This document shows positions 60,114-61,770 of a stretch of 61,770 nt of DNA, in pieces. A program made the position numbers and the translations under genes. Each line of letters opens with the position of its first letter. Position 1 is the stretch's first letter. Origin of the DNA: an uncultured Candidatus Saccharibacteria bacterium (GTDB taxonomy: Bacteria > Patescibacteriota > Saccharimonadia > Saccharimonadales > AWTP1-31); assembly GCA_964643545.1 (NCBI GenBank), contig CAZXTE010000005.1, positions 1-61,770 of the forward strand, read 5' to 3'. The notes beneath the pieces were generated by a model that saw only the letters and a program-made list of their open reading frames with translations, was not told where the DNA came from and did not search any database.

Positions 60114-61770
60114 GAATGCTGTTGCAGCAATACGTGTATCTTCTGTCAAACAAGGAACACAGGGTGATTCGCCTGACGCTCAAAAGGAGCAGATTGAGCG
60201 TTATGCTGAAACGCATAATATGGTTATTAAGAAATTCTTTGTGTTCTTGGAATCTGCCTCTAAAGAACAACAGCCAATGCAGGAAGCAGTAGATTACTGT
60301 AAAAATCCTGCCAACAATGTTCAGCTGTTCCTGATTAAATCCATTGATCGCTTTACTCGTGGCGGCTCATATTCCTATGATCACCTAAAACTACAGTTAG
60401 AAAAACTAGAAGTTCAGCTTGTAGATATCTATGGTGTTATTAGCTCGCAAAAGATCAATACACTTGATCATTTGGGTGTTGAATATAAGTGGAGTGTTTA
60501 CTCGCCTACGCAAAAAGCTGAGATACTCGAAGCAGAACGCGCCAAAGACGAAATGCGGGACATTATGAGTCGTATGATCGGCGCTTCAATCCGATATGCT
60601 CGTATGGGCTACTGGGTACGTAATGCACCCTACGGCTGTCAGACTCAGAAAATAGAAACGGCGAATGGGAAACGATCAATTCTCATACCTCACCCAACCG
60701 AAGCCGAATTTGTCTTAAAAATGTTCGAGTTACGGTGCCGAGGCTCGTTAGATGATGTCGATATTGTCGATGAAATCAATAAGATGGGCTACAAGTCACG
60801 AACAAACCTTTTGCGCGACAAGAATGACCGCTCACGTGTAATTGATAAAAAAGGCGGACAAGAACTTAGTCTCAAGACTTTTTGGCGCATTATTCAAAAT
60901 CCAGTATATGCAGGAGTCAATCCTGAAAAGTGGACGCAAGGAAAACCTGTAAAGTGCCATTTTGATGGCTTAGTGTCTTTTGAAACCTTTAATAAAGCCA
61001 ACCGTGGCAAGATTCGTATAACTGAGCGTAATGGCGAAGTTGCGATACATAGACGTAAGCCCCCTGAACACTTGGTTAAAAAAGGTGTCCGTAACCCTGA
61101 CTTTCCGTATAAACGTGTAGTTATGTGTCCTGAATGTGAGAAGCCGTTATATGGTAGTGCATCAAGAGGTAGACTAGGTAAATATTACCCCGCCTATCAC
61201 TGCAATAAGCGAGGCCACTATTTTAGAGTGCCTAAAGCTGATTTCGAAGAAACTATCGAGCTTTTCGTAAAAAGCCTACGAGTCGCACCTGAACGTATCA
61301 CTGAGTTAGAAGAAGCGGTGATTGCTGAGTGGAACAAGCGACAAGAAGGTTTAAATAAGGATCAGATTAACCTAGATGCACGTATTACGGAGCTTAAAAC
61401 ATCTGCCACCATGGCAATGGACAAGATTAAGTATTTAAGTTCGCAGACTGCAATTAAATATATGGAGGAGGAGCTATTAAAGACAGAGGAACAAATTGAG
61501 TCTCTCATGACTCAAAAGGAAGCATTAGCAACTAATAAAACCACAGAAATGGGTACCGTTATGAAATACGTTCGATATTTTCTGGAACACCTAGAGTACT
61601 TACTGCTCCAACAGATGAATCCAGTAGCGCAAGCTAACTATTTTGCCGTAATTTTTGACAAAGCTCCCACGTACCAAGAATTAATTTCTGGAACCGAAGA
61701 TTTAACAAAAATAACGGGGGTGAATGAACTTTTTTTAGCCCTGAATTACAATTCGGGACACTTGGCTGGG
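60088..61770 (+). CDS. Large serine recombinase (partial, runs off the window)
   Basis: Not in the ORF track because no stop lies within the window. My translation from the ATG at 60088 (GGAGAG Shine-Dalgarno 9 nt upstream) runs for 561 open codons. It shows catalytic AAIRVSSVKQG, SIDRFTRGG, a recombinase domain (...YWVRNAPYGC...), a Zn ribbon (CPECEKPLYG...YYPAYHCNKRGH) and a coiled coil. Confidence 0.85.
   Translation, partial: MQDQTYLPKNAVAAIRVSSVKQGTQGDSPDAQKEQIERYAETHNMVIKKFFVFLESASKEQQPMQEAVDYCKNPANNVQLFLIKSIDRFTRGGSYSYDHLKLQLEKLEVQLVDIYGVISSQKINTLDHLGVEYKWSVYSPTQKAEILEAERAKDEMRDIMSRMIGASIRYARMGYWVRNAPYGCQTQKIETANGKRSILIPHPTEAEFVLKMFELRCRGSLDDVDIVDEINKMGYKSRTNLLRDKNDRSRVIDKKGGQELSLKTFWRIIQNPVYAGVNPEKWTQGKPVKCHFDGLVSFETFNKANRGKIRITERNGEVAIHRRKPPEHLVKKGVRNPDFPYKRVVMCPECEKPLYGSASRGRLGKYYPAYHCNKRGHYFRVPKADFEETIELFVKSLRVAPERITELEEAVIAEWNKRQEGLNKDQINLDARITELKTSATMAMDKIKYLSSQTAIKYMEEELLKTEEQIESLMTQKEALATNKTTEMGTVMKYVRYFLEHLEYLLLQQMNPVAQANYFAVIFDKAPTYQELISGTEDLTKITGVNELFLALNYNSGHLAG

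Larger units (their letters stand above)
36311..61770. mobile_element. Putative integrative (conjugative?) element: defence islet, T4SS, helicase/sigma cargo, Replic_Relax-like gene and large serine recombinase
   Basis: Co-location of a complete Gram-positive-type T4SS gene set, a coupling protein, a Replic_Relax-like gene and a terminal large serine recombinase. The left boundary is not defined and could lie anywhere from about 35.36 to 40.7 kb. The right boundary lies beyond the window. Confidence 0.45.

Overview
This 61.8-kb window looks like a small-genome Patescibacteria/CPR chromosome, possibly Saccharibacteria-like. That is inferred only from gene content: a short F-ATPase delta subunit, two-helix T4SS-type pilins, giant surface proteins, and a standard genetic code with TGA used as stop. 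All calls come from reading motifs in the ORF track and the DNA by eye; no database search was run.

**1-35.3 kb: chromosomal mix.**
- PhzF-like protein, a solute symporter and a TrmB-like regulator.
- A start-less 3' remnant of a serine recombinase that reads into the complement of tRNA-Asn(GTT).
- Nudix hydrolase, smpB and cell-envelope enzymes (a GH-A hydrolase, a GT2 glycosyltransferase, an SNase-type nuclease).
- An F1Fo ATP synthase operon, atpBEFHAGD. It is separated from atpC by a 5.6-kb opposite-strand gene for a giant beta-propeller/Ig surface histidine kinase.
- An aquaporin, a UvrD-type helicase fused to a RecB-type nuclease, a DUF4185-like surface protein, and several large orphan proteins.

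**35.4-40.7 kb: AT-rich islet.** It carries a small HKD (PLD) nuclease and a three-gene minus-strand operon. That operon encodes a small protein, an RloC/PrrC-like coiled-coil ABC ATPase with a CxxC hook, and an XRE regulator.

**40.8-48.5 kb: Gram-positive/CPR-type T4SS operon.** Gene order is pilin, pilin-VirB6 fusion, PrgI/VirB3-like protein, VirB4 split into two ORFs, M23 hydrolase and coupling protein.

**48.5-59.7 kb: element-like cargo.**
- An SF2 helicase with a long C-terminal extension.
- A primary-like sigma-70 with a roughly 400-aa N-terminal extension.
- An operon containing a kinase-fold protein whose catalytic Asp position reads Gln.
- A Replic_Relax-like protein.

**60.1 kb to the window edge:** a large serine recombinase that is still open when the window ends.

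No rRNA, no CRISPR array and no canonical HUH relaxase were seen.
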